Source: Candidatus Aenigmatarchaeota archaeon (GTDB lineage: Archaea; Aenigmatarchaeota; Aenigmatarchaeia; GW2011-AR5). Taken from it: a stretch of 44,033 bases of DNA. Made by a program: the position numbers and the translations under genes. The notes below the pieces were generated by a model that saw only the letters and a list, made by a program, of their open reading frames with translations, had not been told where the DNA came from and made no database searches. The stretch spans positions 1 to 44,033 of the forward strand of contig JAGVVU010000033.1 of assembly GCA_018304605.1 (NCBI GenBank), given 5' to 3'. Each line of letters starts with the position of its first letter. Position 1 is the stretch's first letter. Shown in pieces: positions 1-8,022 of the stretch.

Positions 1-2
1 TA

Positions 3-188
3 TTCAAGAAGGGACTCGCGAACAGCATGCGGCACTCCAGGCAGCTCATCGTTCACGGTCATGTAACCGTAAACGAGAAGAAGGTATTCTGGCCGAGTTA
101 TATCGTCGAGAAGGATCTCGAGGAAAAGATATCGCTCACGCCGCAGATGTCTGCGAAGGCAGTAAAGGAAGAGGCGAAAAAGGAATGA
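3..188 (+). CDS. rps4: 30S ribosomal protein S4 (C-terminal part; 5' end outside window)
   Basis: Frame-3 translation ...SRQLIVHGHVTVNEKKVFWPSYIVEKDLEEKISL... is the S4 RNA-binding domain. TGA at 186-188. Precedes S11 and RpoD as in the archaeal S13-S4-S11-rpoD operon. Confidence 0.85.
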   Translation, partial: FKKGLANSMRHSRQLIVHGHVTVNEKKVFWPSYIVEKDLEEKISLTPQMSAKAVKEEAKKE

Positions 189-385
189 CAGACACAGGTT
201 ACAAGCAGCCGGTTGACGTGCGCATGCATGCTGACGGACGCATTGAAAGACTATACAGCAGCGGGCGCCGCGAAGAGATTTTCCCGAACGGGACAATCAT
301 GCTGCACGTTTTAGTGGACGGCTGCATCCCATATTCAACGGTCATCATGCCGCTAAAACCCGATAATGGTGAACAATCATGGTAA
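185..385 (+). CDS. hypothetical small protein (66 aa) between rps4 and rps11
   Basis: Its ATG overlaps the rps4 stop (ATGA) and its 3' end overlaps the rps11 start, filling the whole S4-S11 spacer. Contains a [21 protein letters not shown] stretch resembling MORN/G-box beta-hairpin repeats. Confidence 0.4.
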   Translation: MTDTGYKQPVDVRMHADGRIERLYSSGRREEIFPNGTIMLHVLVDGCIPYSTVIMPLKPDNGEQSW

Positions 386-771
386 CAAAAGAAAAATGGG
401 GCATCGCTCACATATTTTCGTCTGTCAACAATACTATAATTCACATAACTGACATAACAGGCGCCGAAACTATAGCCATTGCCTCCGGCGGGCAAGTTTC
501 AGATAAAGACATGAACAAGGGAAAGCCGTTCACTGCGATGAAGGCAGCCAGGAAGGCGGCCGAGAAGGCGACAGCTTCCGGCATCACAAACCTTCACATC
601 AAGATCAGGGCGCCCGGCGGCATCAAGGCTAGAATACCGGGCCAGGGGGCTCAGCCAGCTATAAGAACGCTCGCACGCGCGGGCTTTCGCATAGGCCAGA
701 TAGAGGATGTCACGCCCGTGCCGCATGACACTTGCAGGAAGAAGGGCGGACGAAGAGGAAGGAGAGTATAA
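379..771 (+). CDS. rps11: 30S ribosomal protein S11
   Basis: Translation [19 protein letters not shown]...[38 protein letters not shown] is typical S11. Confidence 0.95.
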   Translation: MVTKEKWGIAHIFSSVNNTIIHITDITGAETIAIASGGQVSDKDMNKGKPFTAMKAARKAAEKATASGITNLHIKIRAPGGIKARIPGQGAQPAIRTLARAGFRIGQIEDVTPVPHDTCRKKGGRRGRRV

Positions 772-777
772 TCGGAG

Positions 778-1566
778 ATGATATTCATGAACATAAAGAT
801 CCTCAGCAAATCCCAGAAGCGGATAAAGTTCCTGCTCGAGAAATCTACTCCCGCGTTCGCCAACGCGCTAAGGAGGATAATGAGGAGCGAGATACCCACG
901 ATGGCTGTCGAGTTCGTCGACTTTGAGGAGAATAATTCAGGCATGTTCGACGAGTTGGTAGCTCATCGCATCGGGCTGATACCGCTCACATTCGACGAGA
1001 AGGCTTACAGCCTGAAAAGCGAGTGCAAGTGCGGCGGCAAGGGCTGCAGCAGATGCGAAGTCACACTTGTCCTGGAAAAGCAGGGACCCTGCACCGTGAA
1101 GTCGGGCGACATGAAGTCGACCGACGATAGCGTGCAGCCGTCGGAAAAGGACATTCCTATAGTCGAGTTGCTTGAAGGCCAGAGGCTGAAGTTCGAAGCC
1201 ACTGCGCAGCTCGGGGTGGGGATCGACCACGTGAAATGGCAGGCGGCCAATGTCGGCTACCAGTACATGCCAATCGTCAAGGTGGGCGCCAACGCGGATC
1301 CAAAAATCGCCGACATCTGCCCGACCCATGTTTTTGAGAAGAAGGACGGCCGGGTCAAGGTCGTGGCCGAAGACCGATGCGTACTGTGCATGCGATGCAC
1401 GGAAGTGAGCGAGGGAGTCAGCGTGCAATCGGATGACAGCGTGTTCGTGTTCGATGTCGAGTCGGTCTCAGGGCTGGCCGCAAAAGATGTCATAAGCAGA
1501 TCGCTCGATGCGCTGGAAGAGAGGGCGGAAAGCCTGGCGGAGAGCGTCAAGAAAACAGTAAAATAA
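778..1566 (+). CDS. rpoD: DNA-directed RNA polymerase subunit D
   Basis: N-terminus FANALRRIMRSEIPTMAVE..., dimerisation domain and Cys-rich ferredoxin-like insert (CPTHVF...CVLCMRC). Conserved operon position. Confidence 0.93.
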   Translation: MIFMNIKILSKSQKRIKFLLEKSTPAFANALRRIMRSEIPTMAVEFVDFEENNSGMFDELVAHRIGLIPLTFDEKAYSLKSECKCGGKGCSRCEVTLVLEKQGPCTVKSGDMKSTDDSVQPSEKDIPIVELLEGQRLKFEATAQLGVGIDHVKWQAANVGYQYMPIVKVGANADPKIADICPTHVFEKKDGRVKVVAEDRCVLCMRCTEVSEGVSVQSDDSVFVFDVESVSGLAAKDVISRSLDALEERAESLAESVKKTVK

Positions 1567-1617
1567 GCCCTTTCTTTTTGGAAAAGAAAGGGCTTGCGGA
1601 AAGAAAAATATTATGAT
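1567..1617 (+). promoter_or_regulatory. perfect 12-bp hairpin (gccctttctttt/aaaagaaagggc) directly after the rpoD stop, followed by the motif gaaagaaaaatattatgat (BRE/TATA-like)
   Basis: Palindrome 1567-1593 has T-runs on both strands (terminator-like). The AAAGAAAAATATTAT motif recurs upstream of other genes (8023-8043 minus, 16102-16119, 34782-34797, 10853-10868). A second TATA-like atttaaa lies at 1638-1644, about 25 nt before the tRNA. Confidence 0.45.
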
Positions 1618-1668
1618 TCAGAAAATAACACGCAAGATTTAAACCTTACAAGAAATATCTTTGATTAG

Positions 1669-1833
1669 GCAGGGGTACCCAAGCCTGGTCGAACCCTTTT
1701 GCTCGCGCAAAAGCGTTCACGGAATGCCGGAACGTAGCAAAAGGTTACAGAAAAAGGGGCAGGACTTAAGAATCAAGACTTCAGAAATCCTGTGGCGGTA
1801 GCGTCTGCGGGAGTTCAAATCTCCTCCCCTGCA
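1669..1833 (+). tRNA. tRNA-Leu(UAA), class II, with two predicted introns (about 1694-1755 in the D-loop; 1771-1786 at canonical 37/38)
   Basis: Acceptor GCAGGGG/CCCCTGC plus discriminator A. T-arm GGGAG-TTCAAAT-CTCCT. Anticodon stem CAGGA/TCCTG with loop CT-TAA-GA once 16 nt are removed. D-arm CCC...GGG is restored once about 62 nt are removed. Variable arm GCGG-TAGCGT-CTGC. Mature length 87 nt. No encoded CCA. Confidence 0.75.
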
Positions 1834-1837
1834 CTTG

Positions 1838-2026
1838 ATGGTTGTGAATAAAGAGGAAAAAGAAGTATTAACGATGGCTGCCATAAGGAAATTGAAGAAC
1901 CGGCAGCTCTCGGATTGGGAAAAGGATTTCATCGGAAATATAGAAGACCGCTTGCAAAAGACAGGGCTGACAGAAAACCAGAAGACATGGCTGAACAGGT
2001 TAAAGAAGAAATATTTGCAGAAGTGA
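1838..2026 (+). CDS. hypothetical small basic protein (62 aa)
   Basis: ATG lies 5 nt after the tRNA 3' end. Lys/Arg-rich helical sequence with no recognisable family. Confidence 0.35.
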   Translation: MVVNKEEKEVLTMAAIRKLKNRQLSDWEKDFIGNIEDRLQKTGLTENQKTWLNRLKKKYLQK

Positions 2027-2031
2027 TAAAA

Positions 2032-2349
2032 ATGTATGCGGATGTTAAAGTTGCGACATACAAAGGAAGAATAGATGGTTTGTTTAGGGAGCGTCCCGGA
2101 TTCGAAAGGACGGCAATGCCGTCAGGCGTGATCGCTTATACGCACGGATTGTTCGAGAATGGACATGAAGTCAATTTAACCGTATCCCAAGTTGGAACAT
2201 CAGAAATTATACTTTCTGCGGTTGGCGATGACAAAACTTATGTTTCAAGGGAATTTCAAAAACTTCTTGAGGAATTAGGATTAGAACCAAGAGACATGCC
2301 AGAAGACAGTAGAAGGCAAGTATTAACAGTGCTTTATGGAGAATCATAA
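2032..2349 (+). CDS. hypothetical protein (105 aa)
   Basis: In-frame ATG at 2032 lies 5 nt after the previous stop. Ends 2 nt before the rpl18e ATG. Globular-looking sequence with no recognisable family. Confidence 0.45.
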   Translation: MYADVKVATYKGRIDGLFRERPGFERTAMPSGVIAYTHGLFENGHEVNLTVSQVGTSEIILSAVGDDKTYVSREFQKLLEELGLEPRDMPEDSRRQVLTVLYGES

Positions 2350-2351
2350 TT

Positions 2352-2684
2352 ATGCCGCATCCAACCGGACCGACAGACCCGAACGTGAACGCGCTGATAA
2401 GGGCAATGAAGAAGAAAAAGGAAAAGTTCTACTTAAGCCTGGCGCGGCACCTCTCAAAGCCGGCGCGCAGCAAGGTTCCTGTGAATGTGACGAAAATAGG
2501 ACGCCTGGCAAACAACGAGGCTGTGGCGGTGCCCGGGAAAGTCCTTGGAAGCGGACAGATAAGCAAGCCTGTCATTGTTTATGCGGTCTCATTTTCGAAG
2601 GAAGCGAGGAAAAAGATAACAGCTTCCGGGGGCAAGTGCCTGCCGCTTCTCGAGGCTGACAAGAAAGCGAGGATTTTGATATGA
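2352..2684 (+). CDS. rpl18e: 50S ribosomal protein L18e
   Basis: TGPTDPNVNALIRAMKK...ARSKVPVNVTKIGRLA...VAVPGKVLGSG is typical L18e. Operon position. Confidence 0.9.
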   Translation: MPHPTGPTDPNVNALIRAMKKKKEKFYLSLARHLSKPARSKVPVNVTKIGRLANNEAVAVPGKVLGSGQISKPVIVYAVSFSKEARKKITASGGKCLPLLEADKKARILI

Positions 2685-3070
2685 TAATAGACGGCAAGAA
2701 CGCGGTGCTCGGAAGGCTGGCTTCGCATACTGCAAAGAAGCTTCTAGCCGGCGACGAGGTAACTATAATCAACGCCGAGAGAATTATAGTGACTGGCAGG
2801 CCGAACGACATCAAGAACAAGTACCTGAAATTCAAGGGCATCGGCTCCCCGCAGCACGGCCCGTTCTTCCCGAGGCAGCCGAACATGATTGTCAGAAGAA
2901 CGATTCGCGGGATGCTGCCAAAAGAGAAAAAGGGGCGCGCAGCCTTCAAGAAACTAAGGGTCTACACTGGCACGAATGGCATGAAGGGTGAAAGCATAGC
3001 AACAAAGCTCATAAAGACCAACTACATAACTATCGAAGAGGTCTCAAAGACCCTCGGATGGCACAAGTGA
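2681..3070 (+). CDS. rpl13: 50S ribosomal protein L13
   Basis: IIDGKNAVLGRLASHTAKKLLAGDEVTIINAE...RTIRGMLP. 4-nt overlap with rpl18e. Confidence 0.93.
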   Translation: MIIDGKNAVLGRLASHTAKKLLAGDEVTIINAERIIVTGRPNDIKNKYLKFKGIGSPQHGPFFPRQPNMIVRRTIRGMLPKEKKGRAAFKKLRVYTGTNGMKGESIATKLIKTNYITIEEVSKTLGWHK

Positions 3071-3519
3071 TGGTAACCATGGCAGAAGCACAAACAGAAG
3101 CACCGAAGAAAAAGAAAAAGATGCTGATAGTGATAGGCAAGAGAAAGAAAGCAGTAGCCCGCGCATTCGTCCATGAAGGAAAGGGAATCATAAAGATAAA
3201 TTCCACCCCGATCGATCTTGTCCAGCCGAACTACGCGCAGATGCGGCTGAAAGAGCCGGTCATAATAGCAGGCGAACTTGCAAAGCGCGTAGACATAGAC
3301 GTAAGGGTGAGCGGCGGCGGCGTCTGGGGACAGACGGATGCGAGCAGGACGGCAATAGCCAACGCACTGGTCCAATGGACAAAGGACAACAAGCTGAAGG
3401 ACATGTATACTGATTATGACCGCTCGCTGCTGGTATCGGACTCAAGACGCACCGAGCCGCACAAGCCATCGCGCAGCACGGCAGGTCCGAGAAGAGGCAA
3501 GCAGCAGAGCAAGAGATAA
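3058..3519 (+). CDS. rps9: 30S ribosomal protein S9
   Basis: GKRKKAVARAFVHEGKG...VRVSGGGVWGQTDASRTAIANAL...C-terminal RR..GKQQSKR. The start could instead be ATG 3079. Confidence 0.92.
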   Translation: MAQVMVTMAEAQTEAPKKKKKMLIVIGKRKKAVARAFVHEGKGIIKINSTPIDLVQPNYAQMRLKEPVIIAGELAKRVDIDVRVSGGGVWGQTDASRTAIANALVQWTKDNKLKDMYTDYDRSLLVSDSRRTEPHKPSRSTAGPRRGKQQSKR

Positions 3520-3540
3520 TGCAATTAGAGATGATATAGT

Positions 3541-3735
3541 ATGTTGATACCAGTAAGATGTTTTAGTTGCGGTAAACCCGTTGCGGGAGTCTGGGAGAAA
3601 TACCAGGAGCGCGTCGAGCACGGCGAGCAGCCCGGAAAGGTGCTAGATGACTTAGGCATGGACAGGTACTGCTGCAGGGCGCTGCTGCTAACGCACAGGG
3701 ACGTAATCAAGAAGATCGGAAAATTCCGAGTGTAA
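3541..3735 (+). CDS. rpoN: DNA-directed RNA polymerase subunit N (Rpb10)
   Basis: MLIPVRCFSCGKPV...DDLGMDRYCCRALLLTH zinc-bundle signature. Confidence 0.93.
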   Translation: MLIPVRCFSCGKPVAGVWEKYQERVEHGEQPGKVLDDLGMDRYCCRALLLTHRDVIKKIGKFRV

Positions 3736-3752
3736 TAAAAGGAAATCCCAGG

Positions 3753-4457
3753 ATGGACCAGTTTTTTCTGACTGATGATGCAGTGCTTGACGAGGAGGTT
3801 TTGCTGGCTAACCTGAAAAAAGGCGATGTTGTTCTCGAGGTGGGCGCGGGAATCGGCAACCTTACGATACGGCTTTCCAAGAGAGCTCATGTTCTGGCAG
3901 TCGAGAAGGATTATTCTTTCATGAACATACTGAAGGGAATCCAGAACTGCGATCCTATCTTTGCAGACGCCCTTGAATTTCTCGAATCCCTAAGGAAAAA
4001 GGATGACATGCCCGCTTTCAACAAAATCGTCTCCAACATACCTTACTCGATATCTCAGCCGCTGGTCCTGGAGCTATTCAGGCATAAATGGACACTTGCG
4101 GTCCTAATCGTACAGAAAGAGTTCGCGGAGAAACTTGTTTCAACAGAGCGCTTGGGCATGCTGATGAAAGATGCCGCCGAAATCAAAATAATCAGGCAGA
4201 TACCTGCGGGTGCATTTTATCCGCCGGCTGTGCCCTCTTCGCTTGTGCTAATAAGGCAGAAGAAGCTGCTGGACGACAATTTCTGGAATTTTCTCTGCTC
4301 GCTAAAGCCCAACAAAAACGTATCCAACCAGCTAAAGAAACCAGGCAAGCTTGGCTCCAAGAAGGTCCACCAGCTTACGCTCACTGAACTGAAGGAATTG
4401 TACAAAATCAGCCCTTTTTCAAAAAAAGCGCTGGCGGAAAAAACAAGTAATACGTAG
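3753..4457 (+). CDS. ksgA: 16S rRNA dimethyladenosine transferase (KsgA/Dim1 family)
   Basis: SAM motif VLEVGAGIGNLT and catalytic-region motif IVSNIPYSISQPL. Confidence 0.85.
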   Translation: MDQFFLTDDAVLDEEVLLANLKKGDVVLEVGAGIGNLTIRLSKRAHVLAVEKDYSFMNILKGIQNCDPIFADALEFLESLRKKDDMPAFNKIVSNIPYSISQPLVLELFRHKWTLAVLIVQKEFAEKLVSTERLGMLMKDAAEIKIIRQIPAGAFYPPAVPSSLVLIRQKKLLDDNFWNFLCSLKPNKNVSNQLKKPGKLGSKKVHQLTLTELKELYKISPFSKKALAEKTSNT

Positions 4458-4544
4458 GTTAACTTCGCCGCACAACGCTTAAAAACTGCCTGAGTTACGA
4501 AAAGCTTAAGAGGCGGCGACTTGACTATAGCATTGGTAATTGAG

Positions 4545-5252
4545 ATGTCATACGAAGAAGCAGCAATGAAGGCCTTAATAGATGGTGTAAAAGACGGCAG
4601 AAGAGATAGCCTTAGTGAGGCTGGCTATGTGCGCGATACGCTCGGCTTTAGACCTGATACAGACACACTTAGATCTATGCCTATTGAAGTTGGTCCATTG
4701 CCGCCTCCTTCCATGGGCGTTACACATATAACCCCGGAAGGCAAGGCTGCAGGTATGAGGATCAGCAGCTATATAGTAGAGCTTGGAACTCAGCTCGCCA
4801 AAAAATATAGCAAATCCAAGGATTGGGCGCTTTCATTTATTCGCAGATATGCGAGGGACGTTACGAACCATGAAGACTATCATGTTATGTCTGCCTCGCT
4901 TGCAAGGGGCTTGGAAATAACAGAACCTGTTAGAGATGCAATGGAGTCTGTTACAACAAGAGGTAGATATAAAGTCAAGAAACGTGCAGGCAAACACAAA
5001 GATGCAGAATTTGTCAAGACCACAAATCCCTACCCACGCGCATGGCATTTGGCAGAGGCCGCAGACTGGGCTCCATATCAAGGACCTTCTGGAGAAGGCT
5101 ACGCGGCTTTTTTGGGTGATGCGTCAAAAGAACCTATGCACAAACCGCTTGGCAGACTAGCTTGGCAATCAGCAAAAGCAGGTTTCAGAAAATTAGGAGA
5201 TTATCTCAAGGGATCAGGCGTGCCTAGTTATGCTATGGCAAGACTTAACTGA
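4545..5252 (+). CDS. hypothetical protein with an HExxH motif (HEDYH)
   Basis: ORF is open from TTG 4521; the first ATG is 4545. It is the only long ORF here on the gene-consistent strand. Contains a zinc-metallopeptidase-like pentapeptide only; no other family signature. Confidence 0.5.
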   Translation: MSYEEAAMKALIDGVKDGRRDSLSEAGYVRDTLGFRPDTDTLRSMPIEVGPLPPPSMGVTHITPEGKAAGMRISSYIVELGTQLAKKYSKSKDWALSFIRRYARDVTNHEDYHVMSASLARGLEITEPVRDAMESVTTRGRYKVKKRAGKHKDAEFVKTTNPYPRAWHLAEAADWAPYQGPSGEGYAAFLGDASKEPMHKPLGRLAWQSAKAGFRKLGDYLKGSGVPSYAMARLN

Positions 5253-5451
5253 CAATTATCCTGTTCTTTCCCCTGAATGTCGAGCCGAGCTTCGTTTCGT
5301 CCGGTATGTGGCCCTGCTGAAGCATCTTCATCTCGCCGGAAGAGAGATGCGTCTTGCTGTGTATCTTCAGGGCATTGAAGTTGGGAAACGTCTGCTCGCA
5401 GCGCGCGCATTGCACCGGGCGGGATTTCTTTTTCTTGAGCTTCATATTCAT
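5245..5451 (-). CDS. small C2H2 zinc-finger protein (68 aa)
   Basis: CARCEQTFPNFNALKIHSKTH fits CX2CX12HX3H exactly. Lys-rich N-terminus. TATA-like cttaaatatttt about 20 nt upstream. Divergent from rfcL. Confidence 0.6.
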   Translation of the reverse strand: MNMKLKKKKSRPVQCARCEQTFPNFNALKIHSKTHLSSGEMKMLQQGHIPDETKLGSTFRGKNRIIVS

Positions 5452-5518
5452 TATAACGACGGCAGAAAATATTTAAGCAGCCCATTCCGATTAAAAAGAT
5501 TGGCAATATGATAGTCCA

Positions 5519-6534
5519 ATGCTTCTTGAGAAATACCAGCCCGTGTCGACGAAAGAGATCATAGGAAACCCGTCGCAATTGGCTGAGATCAGGAAATTCC
5601 TCGCCGGCTGGAAAAAAGGCAGGGCACTGCTTGTTCACGGTCCCACAGGCTCGGGCAAATCGACGGCAATCAAACTTGTTGCCCAGGAGTCTGGCTATGA
5701 CCTGGTGGAAGCCTGTTCCAATGAGAAGAGGACAATCAGCGATTATTATAATGCATCGCAGCAGCATGGCATCTTTTCAAGGAAGAGAATCATGCTCTTC
5801 GAGGACCTGGAGACGATGCCGATGCGCGGCTTTGCGGACCTAATAAGCAGGAGCGAGCATCCTGTCATTTGCGTCATAGGCGACGCTTACCAACTGCCTC
5901 CCGACTCAAGGAAGCTCTTCAGGATCGTGAAATTTGAAAAAGTAAATGACACAGACCTGCTAAAATTCCTCGAGAACATCTGCAAGAAGGAGTGCATCGC
6001 AGCCGAGCGCAGGCGGCTGGAGCAGCTGGTAAAGACGAGCAACGGGGACATACGCGGTCTACTGATAGACCTGGAGATGCTCAAGCGCGCTGCCTCCATC
6101 GGCTACCGGGACAATGAAGACAACATATTCAGCACGCTGAAGATAATATTCAAGACGATGAGCCTGGACAATTCCAAGATAGCCGTTGACAACTGCGAAA
6201 AGGAGCCGGAAGAGCTCATGCGCTGGCTGGAAGAGAACATAGCAGAGGAATACACGGACATCGATACCATTGCAATGGCTTTCGACTATCTCTCGAAAGC
6301 AGACATCTTCTCGTCGAGGATAATCAGGCGGCAGTCGTGGAGCCTGCAAAAATACCTCCTGTCTTTGCCAGGAAAAATGCAGTTCTGGAAAAAATATCAA
6401 AGAACCTGCACATATCAAAGAGGCGCGCGGCAGTGTACATACCCGTACTCAGGATGCTGGCGAAAAAAAACAGCGACATACTCGAAGAGCTTGGCATTGA
6501 CGAGAAAGAAGCCGCCATCCTGAATTCAAATTAG
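5519..6534 (+). CDS. rfcL: replication factor C large subunit, reading frame broken (needs a -1 shift / 1-nt restoration near 6371-6379)
   Basis: AAA+ Walker A GPTGSGKST, LFEDLE Walker B, ...SKADIFSSRIIRRQSWSLQKY. The native-looking C-terminus (LEKISKNLHISKRRAAVYIPVLRMLAKKNSDILEELGIDEKEAAIL) is in the -1 frame (ORF 6337-6534). The frame-0 tail is Cys/Tyr/Arg-rich junk. Confidence 0.8.
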
Positions 6535-6941
6535 CCTATCAGCTCGGATGGATATTTGCGAGTCGTGAAGTTGTAGATAATCTGGTCGTGCGAGGCGACG
6601 ATGAAATCGAACTTCACCACGCTCTCTGCCGGCGGATTCACATTACACTGGGCCACGTTATACTCTATCTTCGCGAATACACCCTTCGATGCGAGCTCCT
6701 TTTCCGCAAGCCATTTCAACTCATCCAGGCTCGTGGTCAGGTTCACGCAGTTCGACTGAGAAGTCACGGTCTCCCTCAATATGCTGTCCAGCTGCTCCTC
6801 CATGCTGTTGAAGTAGAAAGCATTATTGACGCGGGCGGTGTCCGCAGAATCCACGACAAAATAATCCCTCAGCAAAAGCGACATCCCGAGGAATATGCTG
6901 GAAGCTACCACGGCCGAAATTATGAACCACTGCCCTCGCAT
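6531..6941 (-). CDS. putative archaeal type IV pilin-like protein (class III signal peptide)
   Basis: N-terminus MRGQ/WFIISAVVASSIFLGMSLLL has a basic-Gly cleavage motif followed by a hydrophobic helix. No other domain recognised. Confidence 0.45.
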   Translation of the reverse strand: MRGQWFIISAVVASSIFLGMSLLLRDYFVVDSADTARVNNAFYFNSMEEQLDSILRETVTSQSNCVNLTTSLDELKWLAEKELASKGVFAKIEYNVAQCNVNPPAESVVKFDFIVASHDQIIYNFTTRKYPSELIG

Positions 6942-7030
6942 AATTAAGCTTGTTTTGCAAGGAAATAAAACTTATTCCGGGAACCCGATCAGCCAATATA
7001 GCTGACCAACTTAATATTCTGGATATTACA

Positions 7031-7095
7031 CAAGTTGGTCACATATAGTGAACCAAGTCATAATATACAGATTCTTTACTTGGTTAACTATAACA
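7031..7095. repeat. hairpin repeat, copy I of the GTKAACC...GGTTMAC family
   Basis: gtgaaccaagt (7048-7058) pairs with acttggttaac (7078-7088). Flanks atata-gtgaacc and ggttaactataaca match copies at 16691-16745 and 25888-25943. Confidence 0.6.
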
Positions 7096-7103
7096 CAGGA
7101 ATT

Positions 7104-7418
7104 CTAGGTTACCGAAACCACCTGGGCGTGCGGCACGCCGCCGATATTCAGCACCGAAGATTCGTCGACCAGCCTGTTCTTTATCAGGAGCCCTGTTATC
7201 TTATTCCCAACGGCGTTTATTATCGTGGACTGCTTTGCGATTCTCAATATCTCCTTCTCGCCGCACTTCTTGCCCCTGTAGAAATCGGACACTGTGATCT
7301 CTATGTCTCCGCCCGTGAATGTCTTCCCGAGTACGCTTTCGTCACATACGGCAAGCAGCCTCTCACCGCCCTGTCTGAACAGGTTATAAGAAAACATATC
7401 AACCCTTTTCTTTCGCAA
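7104..7418 (-). CDS. DUF424-family protein
   Basis: LLAVCDESVLGKTF...ITVSDFYRG...NAVG...GGVPHAQVV pattern is typical of archaeal DUF424. Confidence 0.6.
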   Translation of the reverse strand: MRKKRVDMFSYNLFRQGGERLLAVCDESVLGKTFTGGDIEITVSDFYRGKKCGEKEILRIAKQSTIINAVGNKITGLLIKNRLVDESSVLNIGGVPHAQVVSVT

Positions 7419-7447
7419 AGAAAATCCCTGCTGGAAAAGAAAATATA

Positions 7448-7840
7448 TTACCTAACGGGCCTTTTCGCGCCGCAGGCCTCGCACTTGATGAACGTGTAGC
7501 TGTCAATCTTCTGCAGAATGGTATCAGGCTTGCCGCATTCCTTGCAGATGACAAAATCACGAACATACTCCTTTATCCTCTGGTTTATCAGCGACGGCGG
7601 GACCTTGGCCTGAAGAATGAGCTCATTTCCCCTGCTTTCTCCGGGGACTGCGAGCTCCTTGAACAGATACTTCGACAGCTCCTGCGGATTTCTCCTGAGG
7701 TTCTTGACTATCTCCGAGAAATTCCTTATTATCGTCTGGCGCTTGCCGACGGACACGGATGCCACAGGCACCTCGAACCTGGTCTCCGACCTGGCAGGGA
7801 GGTTTTGCACGGCTTTTTTCAACATGTCTTCATAATTCAT
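7448..7840 (-). CDS. eif2b: translation initiation factor aIF2 subunit beta
   Basis: YEDMLKKA...RFEVP...GKRQTIIRNF.EI...L.R.P..L.KYL.KELA and C-terminal zinc ribbon CKECGKPDT...CEACGA. Confidence 0.92.
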   Translation of the reverse strand: MNYEDMLKKAVQNLPARSETRFEVPVASVSVGKRQTIIRNFSEIVKNLRRNPQELSKYLFKELAVPGESRGNELILQAKVPPSLINQRIKEYVRDFVICKECGKPDTILQKIDSYTFIKCEACGAKRPVR

Positions 7841-7847
7841 AATACAT

Positions 7848-7936
7848 CCCTTTCTTGAGCGCTGAACGACGCTTTAGCGTCATGCACTTTAGGTCTGTAT
7901 CAACCCCCAACTCGAGGAAACCATAGGTTTCCTGAG
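7848..7936 (-). repeat. conserved 5'-leader element L1 (homologous to 40266-40346)
   Basis: Begins 7 nt upstream of the eif2b ATG. Shares the blocks ccctttcttgag, gacgctttagcgtcat, aggtct and cataggtttc with the glmU leader. Contains the hairpin gacgc-ttta-gcgtc. Confidence 0.65.
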
Positions 7937-8022
7937 TCCCCCAGAAAGCTCTGCTTTCTGTAGGAAGAACTGGGGATCTTACAAACCTTGCCTTCAATTA
8001 TTATCTTGTCTTCTTTCTTTAT

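Noticed and set aside
1717-1932. 71-aa minus-strand ORF
   Set aside because: It overlaps the tRNA-Leu gene and its introns.
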